NCBI RefSeq assembly: GCF_902652985.1
Contig: NC_047017.1
Coordinates: 8,370,001 to 8,434,000, forward strand
DNA: 64,000 nucleotides
Direction of reading: 5' to 3'
From: Pecten maximus
Taxonomy: Eukaryota
Position 1 is the stretch's first letter. Each line of letters starts with the position of its first letter. The notes beneath the pieces are model-generated. The model made no database searches and was not told the DNA's origin. It saw only the letters and a program-made list of their open reading frames with translations. Below are positions 37,201 to 57,631 of the stretch, one piece after another. Both the position numbers and the translations under genes were made by a program.

Positions 37201-40200
37201 ATTGACATCTGGAGAAAGTGTAGGTAAGACCGAAGGGAGAGATGCTACATCAGCGAAGGATGTTCAAGATGCAAACATTAATACAAAACCAACAAAGGAA
37301 ACACAAGAGAAGGTCGAAAGTAAGAAACAGGACCAGAAAGAACAGGTCAAAAAGGAGGAAGTGAAAAAGGAAATAGGAAATGTTAAAAAGGAAGAATCAA
37401 AAACGGAAAAGCCTAAATCGAAAAGCGATGAAGCGGTAAAAGTGAAATCTAAAGAAAAGAAATCAGAAGAACCATTGAAGAAACCAATAAAGTATCTAGC
37501 TAACGGACAGAAAGAACCAAAAGGTAAAGTTATACCCCACCAGGTAAAGTCATAGTACACCAGGTAAAGTCAAACTACACCAGGTAAAGGTATACTACAC
37601 CAGGTAAAGTCATACTACACCAGGTAAAGTCATACTACACTAGGTAAAGTTATACCCCACCAGGTAAAGTTATACTACACCAGGTAAAGTTATACTACAC
37701 CAGGTAAAGTTATACTACACTAGGTAAAGTTATACTACACCAGGTAAAGTTATACTACACCAGGTAAAGTCAAACTACACCAGGTAAACTTATACTACAC
37801 TAGGTAAACTTATACTACACCAGATAAAGTTATACTACACCAGGTAAAGTTATACTACACCAGGTAAAGTCATAGTACATCAGGTTAAGTTATACCCCAC
37901 CAGGTAAAGTTATACTAAACTAGGTAAAGTTATACTACACCAGGTAAAGTCATACTACACTAGGTAAAGTTATATCCCACCAAGTAAAGTCATACTACAC
38001 TAGGTAAAGTTATACTACACCAGGTAAAGTCATACTACACTAGGTAAAGTTATATCCCACCAGGTAAAGTTATACTACACCAGGTAAAGTTATACCCCAT
38101 CAGGTAAAGTTATACTACACCAGGTAACGTCATACTACACCAGGTAAAGTCATACTACACCAGGTAAAGTTATACTACACCAGGTAACGTCATAATACAC
38201 AAGGTAAAGTTATACTACACCAGGTAAAGTTATACTACACCAGGTAAAGTTATACTATACCAGGTAAAATTATACTACACCAGGTAAAGTCATAGTACAC
38301 CAGGTAAAGTTATACCCAACCAGGTAAAGTTATACTACACTAGGTAAAGTTATACTACACCAGGTAAAGTTATACTACACCAGGTAAAGTTATACTACAC
38401 CAGGTAAAGTTATACCCCACCAGGTAAAGTTATACTACACCAGGTAAAGTTATACTACACCAGGTAAAGTTATACTACACCAGGTAAAGTTATAGCCCAC
38501 CAGGTAAAGTCATACTACACCAGGTAAAGTTATACCCCACCAGGTAAAGTTATACTACACCAGGTAAAGTTATACCCCACCAGGTAAAGTTATACCCCAT
38601 CAGGTAAAGTTATACTACACCGGGTAACGTCATAATACACAAGGTTAAGTTATACTACACCGGGTAACGTCATAATACACAAGGTTAAGTTATACTATAC
38701 CAGGTAAAGTCATAGTACACCAGGTAAAGGTATACCCCACCAGGTAAAGTTATACTACACCATGTAAAATTATACTACACCAGGTAAAGTTATACTACAC
38801 CAGGTAAAGTCATACCACAGCAGGTAAAGTCATAGTACATCAGGTTAAGTAACATACCACCAAATAATGTCATTCTCCACCAGCTCCAATGTGTAAAGTC
38901 ATACTCCACATGTCAGGTAATGTCATGCTCCACTAGCAACATCAGGTAAAGTCATACTTCAACAACACCATCAGGTAAAGTCATACTCTAACAACACCAT
39001 CAGGTAAAGTCATACTTTAACAACACCATCAGGTAAAGTCATACTCTAACAACACCATCAGGTAAAGTCATACTCTAACAACACCATCAGGTAAAGTCAT
39101 ACTTTAACAACACCATCAGGTAAAGTCATACTTTAACAACACCATCAGGTAAAGTCATACTCTAACAACACCATCAGGTAAAGTCATACTCTAACAACAC
39201 CATCAGGTAAAGTCATACTCTAACAACACCATCAGGTAAAGTCATACTCTAACAACACCATCAGGTTAAGTCATACTCTAACAACACCATCAGGTAAAGT
39301 CATACTCTAACAACACCATCAGGTAAAGTCATACTCTAACAACACCATCAGGTAAAGTCATACTCTAACAACACCATCAGGTAAAGTCATACTCTAACAA
39401 CACCATCAGGTAAAGTCATACTCTAACAACACCATCAGGTAAAGTCATACTCTAACAACACCATCAGGTAAAGTCATACTCTAACAACACCATCAGGTAA
39501 AGTCATACTCTAACAACACCATCAGGTAAAGTCATACTCTAACAACACCATCAGGTAAAGTCATACTCTAACAACACCATCAGGTAAAGTCATACTCTAA
39601 CAACACCATCAGGTAAAGTCATACTCTAACAACACCATCAGGTAAAGTCATACTCTAACAACACCATCAGGTAGTCATACTTTAACAACACCATCAGGTA
39701 GTCATACTTTAACAACACCATCAGGTAAAGTCATACTCTAACAACACCATCAGGTAAAGTCATACTTTAACAACACCATCAGGTAAAGTCATACTCTAAC
39801 AACACCATCAGGTAAAGTCATACTCTAACAACACCATCAGGTAAAGTCATACCTAACAACACCATCAGGTAAAGTCATACTTTAACAACACCATCAGGTA
39901 AAGTCATACTTTAACAACACCATCAGGTAAAGTCATACTCTAACAACACCATCAGGTAAAGTCATACCTAACAACACCATCAGGTAAAGTCATACTTTAA
40001 CAACACCATCAGGTTAAGTCATACTCTAACAACACCATCAGGTAAAGTCATACTTTAACAACACCATCAGGTAAAGTCATACCTAACAACACCATCAGGT
40101 AAAGTCATACTTTAACAACACCATCAGGTTAAGTCATACTCTAACAACACCATCAGGTAAAGTCATACTCTAACAACACCATCAGGTAAAGTCATACTCT

Positions 40201-43200
40201 AACAACACCATCAGGTAAAGTCATACTTTAACAACACCATCAGGTAAAGTCATACCTAACAACACCATCAGGTAAAGTCATACTTTAACAACACCATCAG
40301 GTTAAGTCATACTCTAACAACACCATCAGGTAAAGTCATACTTTAACAACACCATCAGGTAAAGTCATACTCTAACAACACCATCAGGTAAAGTCATACT
40401 CTAACAACACCATCAGGTAAAGTCATACTCTAACAACACCATCAGGTAAAGTCATACTCTAACAACACCATCAGGTAAAGTCATACTTTAACAACACCAT
40501 CAGGTAAAGTCATACTTCAACAACACCATCAGGTAAAGTCATACTCTAACAACACCATCAGGTAAAGTCATACCTAACAACACCATCAGGTAAAGTCATA
40601 CCTAACAACACCATCAGGTTAAGTCATACTTTAACAACACCATCAGGTTAAGTCATACTCTAACAACACCATCAGGTAAAGTCATACTTTAACAACACCA
40701 TCAGGTAAAGTCATACTCTAACAACACCATCAGGTAAAGTCATACTCTAACAACACCATCAGGTAAAGTCATACTTTAACAACACCATCAGGTAAAGTCA
40801 TACTCTAACAACACCATCAGGTAAAGTCATACCTAACAACACCATCAGGTAAAGTCATACTTTAACAACACCATCAGGTAAAGTCATACTTTAACAACAC
40901 CATCAGGTAAAGTCATACTCTAACAACACCATCAGGTAAAGTCATACTCTAACAACACCATCAGGTAAAGTCATACTCTAACAACACCATCAGGTAAAGT
41001 CATACTTTAACAACACCATCAGGTAAAGTCATACTCTAACAACACCATCAGGTAAAGTCATACTCTAACAACACCATCAGGTAAAGTCATACTCTAACAA
41101 CACCATCAGGTAAAGTCATACTCTAACAACACCATCAGGTAAAGTCATACTCTAACAACACCATCAGGTAAAGTCATACTCTAACAACACCATCAGGTAA
41201 AGTCATACTCTAACAACACCATCAGGTAAAGTCATACTCTAACAACACCATCAGGTAAAGTCATACTTTAACAACACCATCAGGTAAAGTCATACTCTAA
41301 CAACACCATCAGGTAAAGTCATACTCTAACAACACCATCAGGTAAAGTCATACTCTAACAACACCATCAGGTAAAGTCATACTCTAACAACACCATCAGG
41401 TAAAGTCATAGTACACCAGGTAAAGGTATACCCCACCAGGTAAAGTTATACTACACCATGTAAAATTATACTACACCAGGTAAAGTTATACTACACCAGG
41501 CAAAGTCATACCACAGCAGGTAACGTCATAGTACATCAGGTTAAGTAACATACCACCAAATAAAGTCATTCTCCACCAGCTCCAATGTGTAAAGTCATAC
41601 TCCACATGTCAGGTAATGTCATGCTCCACTAGCAACATCAGGTAAAGTCATACTTCAACAACACCATCAGGTAAAGTCATACTCTAACAACACCATCAGG
41701 TAAAGTCATACTCTAACAACACCATCAGGTAAAGTCATACTTTAACAACACCATCAGGTAAAGTCATACTTTAACAACACCATCAGGTAAAGTCATACTC
41801 CGCCATCCCCACCAGGTAAAGTCATACTCCGCCATCCCCACCAGGTAAAGTCACACTCCACCGAAGGTAAAGTTATAATCCACAAGTCCACTTTTAGTTA
41901 ATCTGTCATTTGGTCACAAAATACAATGTAGTAGGCTACTCTGGCAGTTGTGTGATTGTGTTAGCTAGATTCTTACTTATCGAATAATTTTAATATTTTA
42001 TCGAAATGTTGTCCGACGTTGACGTGTTAACATGATGGCCAGGTTAATTAAATCTAGATCAATTTACCTGTCTTTTTTTTTTACAGCTTTCACACTCACT
42101 TTCACACGTTTACTGAATACATATATCTATACTTATACAAATAAGTGGTGTGTTTTAAGTTTGAGAAAAAAATCTACTTCATATTGACCATTTATTTTCA
42201 AAATTATTGTACTCCATCTTATTTCTAAATATTACTTCTTCTATTTTCAGGTAAATATATATAATTCGTTTTTAAAGCCATTTATATTAGGAAGACAATT
42301 TCTAAGTCTTTGTAAATATGAAACTTTGCTAATAGAAGTAAAGTGTTGAGATATTTTAACTATTGTTCCTTGGGTAATTTACCCAATATTACATCAACAT
42401 TTTGTAGTTGTATAGTTCTAGTTGTCTTATTGTATAGCCATACTTTAGATTAGTCCCACAAGTTTTCAACTATTCTGCATTCCCAAAAAAAACATGTGCG
42501 TAATTGTTTCAATATGGCGGTTGCAGGAAGTGCAGAGAGGAGAGTCTTTCATGTTGATCATATGTAAAAATGTATTTGTACTAATTATTCTATGTATTAT
42601 TCTGTATTGGAACCATTTCAGTTTACAGTCTATGGTGGGTTTAAATGGTATTTTATATTTACCTGTCATTACTAACACTAAAAAGTGATTCAGTATGGCT
42701 GTCCACTCCCAAATTGCCATGAATTTACCATATTTGGTAAGCAAGTTCCTTAGGGTCCTCCTCAGAGTTTTGGAGATCGACATATTTTCATCAAGTTTGC
42801 ATTTCCACAATGTCTGGTGATTTCTCTTTTTTTTTTTTTTTTTCAAAACTGGCAGTAAATGTGGTGATTACCATACGAAAGCTACCAAAACTCAGTTTGC
42901 TTTGTTTGATTTCAGATTGCTATGATTACTACAAGCGAGGTAACAAGAAAAGTGGCGTATTCAAGATAAAACCATACGGAAGGTCGTCAATGGTGGAAGT
43001 CTTCTGTGACATGAAGAATGGTGGATGGACTGTGATACAGAAGCGAAATGATGGCACAACAAGGTTCCTGAAGAAATGGCAAGACTTTAAGGAAGGATTT
43101 GGAGGTAACTATTCATTTTAAAGCATAAAACCGACCTCAATTTAATTTTCTTTTGGTTGAATGCTGCAGACATAATTATTTGTTAACATAGAGGCCATCA

Positions 43201-45833
43201 AATACGAGATTTGATCGGTACGATATACGAAAAAAAAAAAAATTTTGCTACCGAATAATATAATATTTTTCAATTTCATACACGTATGAACTAGTATGAG
43301 GGAAAAGGAAACAATTTCATACACGTATGAACTAGTATGAGGGAAAGAAGACAATGTCATACACGTATGAACTAGTATGAGGGAGACAATGTCATACACG
43401 TATGAATTAATATGAGGGAAAGGAGCCAATGTCATACACGTATGAACTAGTATGAGGGAAAGGAGACAATGTCATACACGTATGAACTAGTATGAGGGAA
43501 AGGAGACAATGTCATACACGTATGAACTAATATGAGGGAAAGGAGCCAATGTCATACACGTATGAACTAGTATGAGGAGGACAATGTCATACACGTATGA
43601 ATTAATATGAGGGAGACAATGTCATACACGTATGAACTAGTATGAGGGAGACAATGTCATACACGTATGAACTAGTATGAGGGAGACAATGTCATACACG
43701 TATGAAGAAGTATGAGGGAAAGGAGACGATGTGATACACGTATGAACTAGTATGAGGGAAAGAAGACAATGTCATACACGTATGAACTAGTATGAGGGAA
43801 GGAAGACAATGTCATACACGTATGAACTAGTTGGAGGGAAAGGAGACGATGTGACACACGTATGAACTAGTATGAGGGAAGGAAGACAATGTCATATACG
43901 TATGAACTAGTATGAGGGAAAGGAGACGATGTGATACACGTATGAACTAGTATGAGGGAGACAATGGCATACACGTATGAACTAGTATGAGGGAAAGGAG
44001 ACAATTTCCTACACGTATGAACTAGTATGAGGGAAAGGAGACAATGTAATACACGTGTAAACAAGTATGAGGGAGACAATGTCATACACGTATGAAGAAG
44101 TATGAGGGAAAGGAGCCAATGTGATACACGTATGAACTAGTATGAGGGAAAGGAGACAATGTCATACACGTATGAACTAGTATGAGGGAAAGGAGACGAT
44201 GTGATACACGTATGAACTAGTATGAGAGAAAGGAGATAATGTGATACACGTATGAACTAGTATGAGGGAAAGGAGACGATGTGATACACGTATGAACTAG
44301 AATGAGGGAAAGAAGACAATGTCATACACGTATGAACTAGTATGAGGGAGACAATGTCATACACGTATGAACTAGTATGAGGGAAAGAAGACAATGTGAT
44401 ACACGTATGAACTAGTATGAGGGAAGGAAGACAATGTTATACACGTATGAACTAGTATGAGGGAAAGGAGACAATGTAATACACGTGTAAACAAGTATGA
44501 GGGAGACAATGTTATACACGTATGAACTAGCATGAGGAGACAATGTCATACACGTGTGAACTAGTATGAGGGAAAGGAGACAATTTCATACACGTATGAA
44601 CTAGTATGATGGAAAGGAGACAATGTGATACACATATGAACAAGTATGAGGAAAAGGAGACGATGTGATACACGTATGAACTAGTATGAGGGAGACAATG
44701 TCATACATGTATGAACTAGTATGAGGGAAAGGAGACAATTTCCTACACGTATGAACTAGTATGAGGGAAAGGAGCCAATGTGATACACGTATGAACAAGT
44801 ATGAGGGAAAGGAGACAATGTCATACACGTATGAACTAGTATGAGGGAGACAATGTCATACACGTATGAACAAGTATGAGAGAAGGGAGACAATAATGTG
44901 ATACACGTATGAACTAGTATGAGGGAGACAATGTCATACACGTATGAACTAGTATGAGGGAGACAATGTCATACACGTATGAACTAGTATGAGGGAGACA
45001 ATGTCATACACGTATGAACTAGTATGAGAGAAGGGAGACAATAATGTGATACACGTATGAACTAGTATGAGGGAAAGGCGACAATGTCATACACCTATGA
45101 ACTAGTATGAGGGAGACAATGTCATACACGTATGAACAAGTATGAGGAAAAGGAGACAATGTGATACATGTATGAACTAGTATGAGGGAAAGGAGACAAT
45201 GTGATACATGTATGAACTAGTATGATGACATCATAATTCTATCGGTGAAAGGCCAAGCGTATAGCCAGTTAGCCACTTCGTCTGTATACTATGCATTACA
45301 CTTGATGTGATGTATACAAGCACGTATTGGAATTGAAAAAATGTCAGTGGATTGTATTTCGTCTTTTAGGCATCCATGGAGAACATTGGCTTGGAAACGA
45401 TTACATTCACTACTTGACCAACCAAGACCACTACACACTACGGATAGAACTTACAGACTGGAATAAAACAAAGAAATTCGCAGAGTACGATTACTTTATG
45501 ATTGATGACGAGGCTGAAGGATATCGACTCCATATTGGTGGTTACCATGGAGACGCAGGTGACGGAATGGCCAAACATAACAACCACAAATTTTCAACCA
45601 TTGACGTAGATAATGACAAGGTGACAAAAGAATTCGGAGGCAGTTGTGCTAAACGGTTTAGTGGGGCTTGGTGGTATTACAAGTGTTACATGTCAAACCT
45701 TAACGGGATCTTCTACAGAAACGGTGCGATACCACCCAAACTGTTCGACGGTATCACATGGAAACCTTGGACTGGCTCTAACTATTCTTTGAGAAGTGCT
45801 GAGATGAAGATTAGACCCAGTAATCTCGCCTAA
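31255..45833 (+). CDS. Large secreted acidic low-complexity/coiled-coil protein with a C-terminal fibrinogen-related domain (FReD), ~1,790 aa. Exons 31255-31307, 32865-37523, 42916-43104, 45370-45833; apparent frameshifts at ~33707-33803
   Basis: Exon 1 encodes a signal-peptide-like MNTASKVLLLLYVFKLSR and splices in frame to AEECDVRIW. The long exon is D/E/K/S/T-rich with a heptad-rich segment. The C-terminus reads EPK/DCYDYYK...VFCDMKNGGWTVIQKRNDG...WQDFKEGFG/GIHGEHWLGNDYIH...KFSTIDVDND...GAWWYYKCYMSNLNG...EMKIRP*, a canonical FBG domain. Confidence 0.9.
32447..32660. repeat. Intronic minisatellite, ~34-bp unit (TGGTCATTACAACACAAAGTG...), ~6 copies
   Basis: Repeats seen directly. Confidence 0.8.
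33258..33486 (+). repeat. Coding 48-bp repeat (EEADETDTTEKVSDVN) x~4.7
   Basis: Visible in the DNA and in ORF 32902..33729. Confidence 0.95.
36389..36822 (+). repeat. Coding 36-bp repeat (SDGGDGKAEASA) x12
   Basis: Visible in the DNA and in ORF 33911..37555. Confidence 0.95.
37522..41880 (+). repeat. Donor-junction-derived compound array: ~66 x 20-bp CAGGTAAAGTTATACTACAC, then ~85 x 29-bp CAGGTAAAGTCATACTCTAACAACACCAT, then a duplicated transition block
   Basis: The array starts at the true donor AAG|GTAAAG (37523/37524). It has a 20-bp period to ~38840 and a 29-bp period from 38943 to ~41400. Confidence 0.97.
42100..42820 (-). mobile_element. Decayed L1/Tx1 LINE 3' fragment (zf-RVT-like zinc-binding region)
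   Basis: KLKWFQYRIIHRIISTNTFLHMINMKDSPLCTSCNRHIETITHMFF in ORF 42466..42846 is the CxxC...H C-terminal motif of L1/Tx1 ORF2. Confidence 0.8.
43272..45226. repeat. Intronic minisatellite, 40/35-bp unit GTCATACACGTATGAACTAGTATGAGGG(AAAGG)AGACAAT, ~50 copies
   Basis: Direct periodicity. It fills most of the last intron of the FReD gene. Confidence 0.97.
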
Positions 45834-46480
45834 ACTGATGGTCTTTTGATATGAACAATCGTAAAATTATCAGTTGTATATCCTATAATCCGACGAGGAT
45901 ATAATGTGTCCATATAATCCAGTGGTACTGTGGTTGATATGTAGTGAAAGAGAACCATTCTATATTCATATGCTGCCAAAATGTGCCGTGTCACTCTTAA
46001 CCAATTAGCAAATTTCTGATTTTGCTTTTATCGTAGTGACAGCGATCAAACACCGTTTACCAAATTAAAGATGAAGCGTCATATCTCGACCATAGGTGTT
46101 TAGCCCGTCCATTAGTCACATACCGATTATGAGATAATATATAGAAACATAAATGGCATAATCGGTCTTTGACGAATGAGCGAGCTAAACACATAATGCC
46201 TTTGTCTGAAATTGTTTCAGCGCGAATGTCAAATTGTAAGACTGAAATTAGCATTTAGTTGTCGTTTTCCTGACTCCATTTAACAAGGAAAATATAACCA
46301 AAAAAAACCCCGAAACCTGTTATTACAATCTATAATAATATAATAACAAAGAATTAACAAAGTGCCTTCCATAGTGAGTTTCATTAAGTTTCGTTGTACA
46401 GTTGAAATTAAGGGCAGTTGTGCAATATTTACGGTGTGCACGATTGGCGAGTCTTGGGCGCGATGTGCTGAAAGGTTCAA

Positions 46481-46625
46481 TACTGTATGTTTGGTAATTT
46501 CCGCGGAGGATCTAATTTCGCTTTATTGCCGGCCTGTTTACAAGGCATGGTTTCGCGAAATTTAATACCTGCGACTGGGACAACCGCGAAATATTAGCCT
46601 GTGAAATTAACAACTACATAGAGTA
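46481..46625. mobile_element. Degenerate MITE-like element (TACTGTA... terminus, internal TTTCGCGAAA motifs)
   Basis: Resembles the element at 51661; right end decayed. Confidence 0.4.
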
Positions 46626-48247
46626 CTACAGGAGTGCAATAATGTTTGTGTGTGGGAGGATGTTTGTGCGCGAGTGTCTTTAAGTAGAGCATACTTCAGT
46701 GAAAAATGAAACTATGCATTGGTATTTCCCCCCGTATTCTAATGAAGTAAATCAAGAGATGTAAACCAAAATTGACATGTGGCTTATTGTCTAAGGTATG
46801 AGCTCAATATATAATACGATATTATTACCGGTACAAGCAGATTACCAAAAACCTCAAAAGTCAGTTGTCAGGATTTACTAAACACGTGATGTTCTTATAT
46901 GTGTAATGATATTGTATTCTGAGGATAGTATGTAATTTCATCGTATTTTGAAGATGTTATGTAATGAGGTTTCACAGTTTTTCATATGCAATTCTCTAAT
47001 TTATTTTAGTGGTGTCACTTTATTAAATCCATATCGCCCGTCAATTACAGTCAATTATTATATGATAATTATCACTAAAGTGAAGTGTCGGATATGGTGA
47101 AGAATTAGTGGTATTAGTAGCTATTATAATGTTATTATATGTTATTATAATCTTTCAAATTATCATCAATTGATTTGTAATATAGCTACATAATATTTTG
47201 AAATATATGGTAAATCAGCGCCCTCTATAACTTACACAACTTTGCTATGAATATACGATAGGCTGGCAACAGAAGATGAATAAGACTTTACAGCTTCTTA
47301 ATCGAACGATGTTGTAAATGACCACACTTGTTTTCATTACTTAAACAGTTTTTTTCACTAGTTACGATTTATTTATATGTATGAATGCAACAATTGGTGC
47401 CAAATCTTGCAATGCCATTGCAATATCTTCCATACTTTTAAATGTACATTCTGTGTCATTGTTTATAATCCATTTATTCTGTGAAATTCATCATAAATCA
47501 TCTTTGTTATAATAAAATATTTAAACAAGTATATATACTATGCTTGTCCTCTTTGTTAATGTAGACAATAAAGAGGACATCTTTTGTTCTGCACCATACT
47601 CCTCACGTTAGATTTTTGTTGACAAAAAATGTTTCATTTGTATTCATATTTTTTCTCAAAAAATATAGAAACAACAGGCCAATCAGGCCTGAAACGTTCA
47701 TCTGATATCGATGAATTAATCAGATGAACATGTTTCTATGTTTTTAAAGAAATTGACTTCTGTGACCTTGACTATGGGTCAAGGTTATTTCTTTTCACAA
47801 TTTTGTTGGGCATCATCCCAGAAACAAATCAGCCGAATACCTGGATTCTAGACGTTTTGGTTTACAAGTTTGAAATGGGTCAAGGTTTTATAAGTGAACT
47901 AAAATATCTATTTAATATCCTTTCCAAAGTTACATATGAATCACAAAGTCCTTTTATGTCAACGTTGATTTCTTTAAATATTTTCACGATCTGGATTGAT
48001 GCGTTCAGCTGACCAATAAACTATTTACATAATTATGTACAATGTACGACCAAGCCTGCAGTGTCCAGTAGCGTTGGGCAAGGTATTTGGTAACTGTGAT
48101 GGTGTTACCAGGTACTGATAGGGACGGGACCAGTGACAGTGCTGGAAATCAAAAAAGCTTTATGACTGTGGTTACTGATAAGGACCAGAAACAGTGATGG
48201 AAATCAAAGGAACCATCATAACTGTAGTGTTACTGATGGGGAACAGA

Positions 48248-48663
48248 AACAAGAGGCCCAGATGCCTCTTCCAACATTGGTTCAAAATACAGGTGAATCA
48301 AATCCTGTCATACCTGAAAAAGGATTTCAAAGTTGTTGTTTTTTTTTGTTTTGTTTTTTTGCTACATTTCCACTTCCTTTAATAAGATCTTATGTGGCCA
48401 AAAATACTCAAGACCAAATTTCATCAAAATCCATGAGGCATTCAGGACAAGTAGGGGTTCAAAGGATTTACCTCAATTTCTCCTATTGGGCCCCATCTCT
48501 CTCCCAGGGGAGCCACACTCTCTGTTTATACGTTTGATCTCCTTTGCCAAATAATGCTTCAGACCAAATTTCATCAAAATCTATTCAGTCGTTCAGGACT
48601 AGTAGAGATTTAAAAGAATGTTGACGAACACTGCATCATGGCATTAGCTCAGGTGAGCTAACA
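48248..48663 (-). mobile_element. Short degenerate HINE-like element related to the family at 62891
   Basis: Starts AACAAGAGGCCC, has about two units containing AGACCAAATTTCATCAAAATC, and ends in the palindrome-like TTAGCTCAGGTGAGCTAA. Confidence 0.55.
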
Positions 48664-48811
48664 ATGCTGGAGGGAACCTTTGGTTTGTATGGCGTTGTCT
48701 ACAGCATACATTAATTCTGTATGACAATTACAGCAAAATAGCTACATGTATCGCTTAAACAGAACAAAAACATTTCAAACAGTAAAATCATAATTTTAAT
48801 AAACAGAGATG

Positions 48812-55706
<6,895 letters not shown>

Positions 55707-55860
55707 ATTTTCTGTCTGTTTATATATCGTAATTACGTTTGTTAAAAGCACGTTCATTGGTCGAGTAATTTAGCGTCTCAATGCAGCCAATCAAATTCTT
55801 TTTTAAAATTGCTTGGGCTTCACTTCCGCTTGGAAATCCAGCATGGTGGACCACAGTGCT
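55707..55860. promoter_or_regulatory. Putative bidirectional promoter ALKBH6 / Dicer
   Basis: Opposed CCAAT boxes (ATTGG ~55756, CCAAT ~55787) and CACTTCCG at 55821. The Dicer ATG at 57632 directly follows an acceptor AG, implying an upstream non-coding exon near here. Confidence 0.5.
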
Positions 55861-57631
55861 CCAGTTGACTGCTTCACAAAAACTTTGATTTTCTAATGAT
55901 GTTTTAAGGACACCTCATCTCCCAGAGACACCGTAAGATCTCATGTCAATTAATTGAGAGATAAATGTTTGTTTACAATTGTTAGATCGACAATCGATGC
56001 TGCATTTTCCCTGATGTAATCGTCGAAATCGCCAAACAATCGAGATCTGTTCATGGAAAACGGGTTCTAAAGTGATAGAGGAAATTGACGTTGTTTATTT
56101 ACTTTCGGCGACGTTAGAGCTTTCTTAACTTTTATAAAAATTTGTTGGGTTATATTTTTGTTTTTGAAAGACAGTTTCCTGTTCAAAGTATGAGTTTGTG
56201 TTCGTGAACTATGAATCTTGATCACGATTATCAGCACAATTATTATTGTGGACTCGACAAATTATATGATTATGCTACAATACAATGAATGCATCTCACT
56301 AGTCACTTTTATATACAAGATTGACAAATAGCATATATATGTATGTTAGTTCCGAACCATTTAGAAATGCAATCTAATGAAAATACTGAATCATGGATTA
56401 CAGGTAGTTATTAAAAACGTAAAATAATACTAGTGTGATAATAATAAATAGATATGTGGTGATTGTTTTGTGTTTCCGAGCTACTGTACTTTCCATCTTA
56501 TCTGTTTTGTGTTTCCGAGCTACTGTACTTTCCATCTTAGGCAGATATTCAATCATAAATTAACACCATGTATGCTTCTCTGAATCGCAGTTGATAGAGT
56601 CATGTAATTATCAGGTTTGATTCTTGTCTGGCCTTTTCACTTAAGCTTCTACTTTTCTCTTTCATCATGATGACATTGTTACGACCTGATCAGTTAATTG
56701 TTTGTGAATTTGAAAAACATGGAAGCACCTGCTATGAAGGCACAGAAGTATATTCACTAGTGGTGGGTCGATGATCGAAAATGATTGAAAATTATAATTA
56801 GCTGAAGAAAAGTAAATAAAACTGATCATCGATGACAATTTTGAAAATGTATTTAATTGGAAATTTCTGTAAGTGTATGTATATCGCGTAAATCTTATAT
56901 TTTGACTTTTTGTATTTTTGTAATGTTGCCAAACCAAGAAGTAGTTGTTTAATTTTACCAATATATTCATTGGTCGTTTACAAGCAATTAAGGATATTTA
57001 GATATATTAAGGTTAATGTAACCTTTGTTTATGTTCAGTATATAACATATTGATAACAAATCAAGGCCTAACACATGTAAATTATATAATAAATGAACTC
57101 GATTTTCAAAAATTATCTACAAAAGGACACAATACTGTGCTTAATTTAGAAAACCAATAATAATCGATAATCAATTCATTCCGATTTCCGATTATTGACT
57201 CTGAAAGTGAAACCGATTCCCATCACTAATATACCACAATACCATACTTTTCATAAATCCTAAGATACAATATGCTGTAAAAGGATGGGGCACAGGGACC
57301 TGATAATTTATACTTCGTTACAGTCTAGATATATTTGAACCTATCTTAATTTGTATAGAACACTAATGTTTTCAGACATTTTAGGCCTCATATAATAGGG
57401 ACTATAGATTAACATTTAGAGAAAAGGACATGCAGTCATTGCTATTTATTATAAAGAAGAGAGCTCGAGGAAAGTCCTCCATCGAACCCCTGGTAAATAA
57501 ATTTCTGGTGAATGAAAGTTTGTAGTTTGTCATGTTTTGTTAAATATTTTACAAAAAGTATGATTCAGACAAACCTCATAAAAAAGAACATCGAATACTT
57601 AAATTTGTTTTATTCATTGCATAAATTATAG

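Noticed and set aside
32902-37555. Treating ORFs 32902..33729 and 33911..37555 as two separate single-exon genes
   Set aside because: Same composition, joinable by correcting homopolymer indels, and flanked by an in-phase signal-peptide exon and FReD exons.
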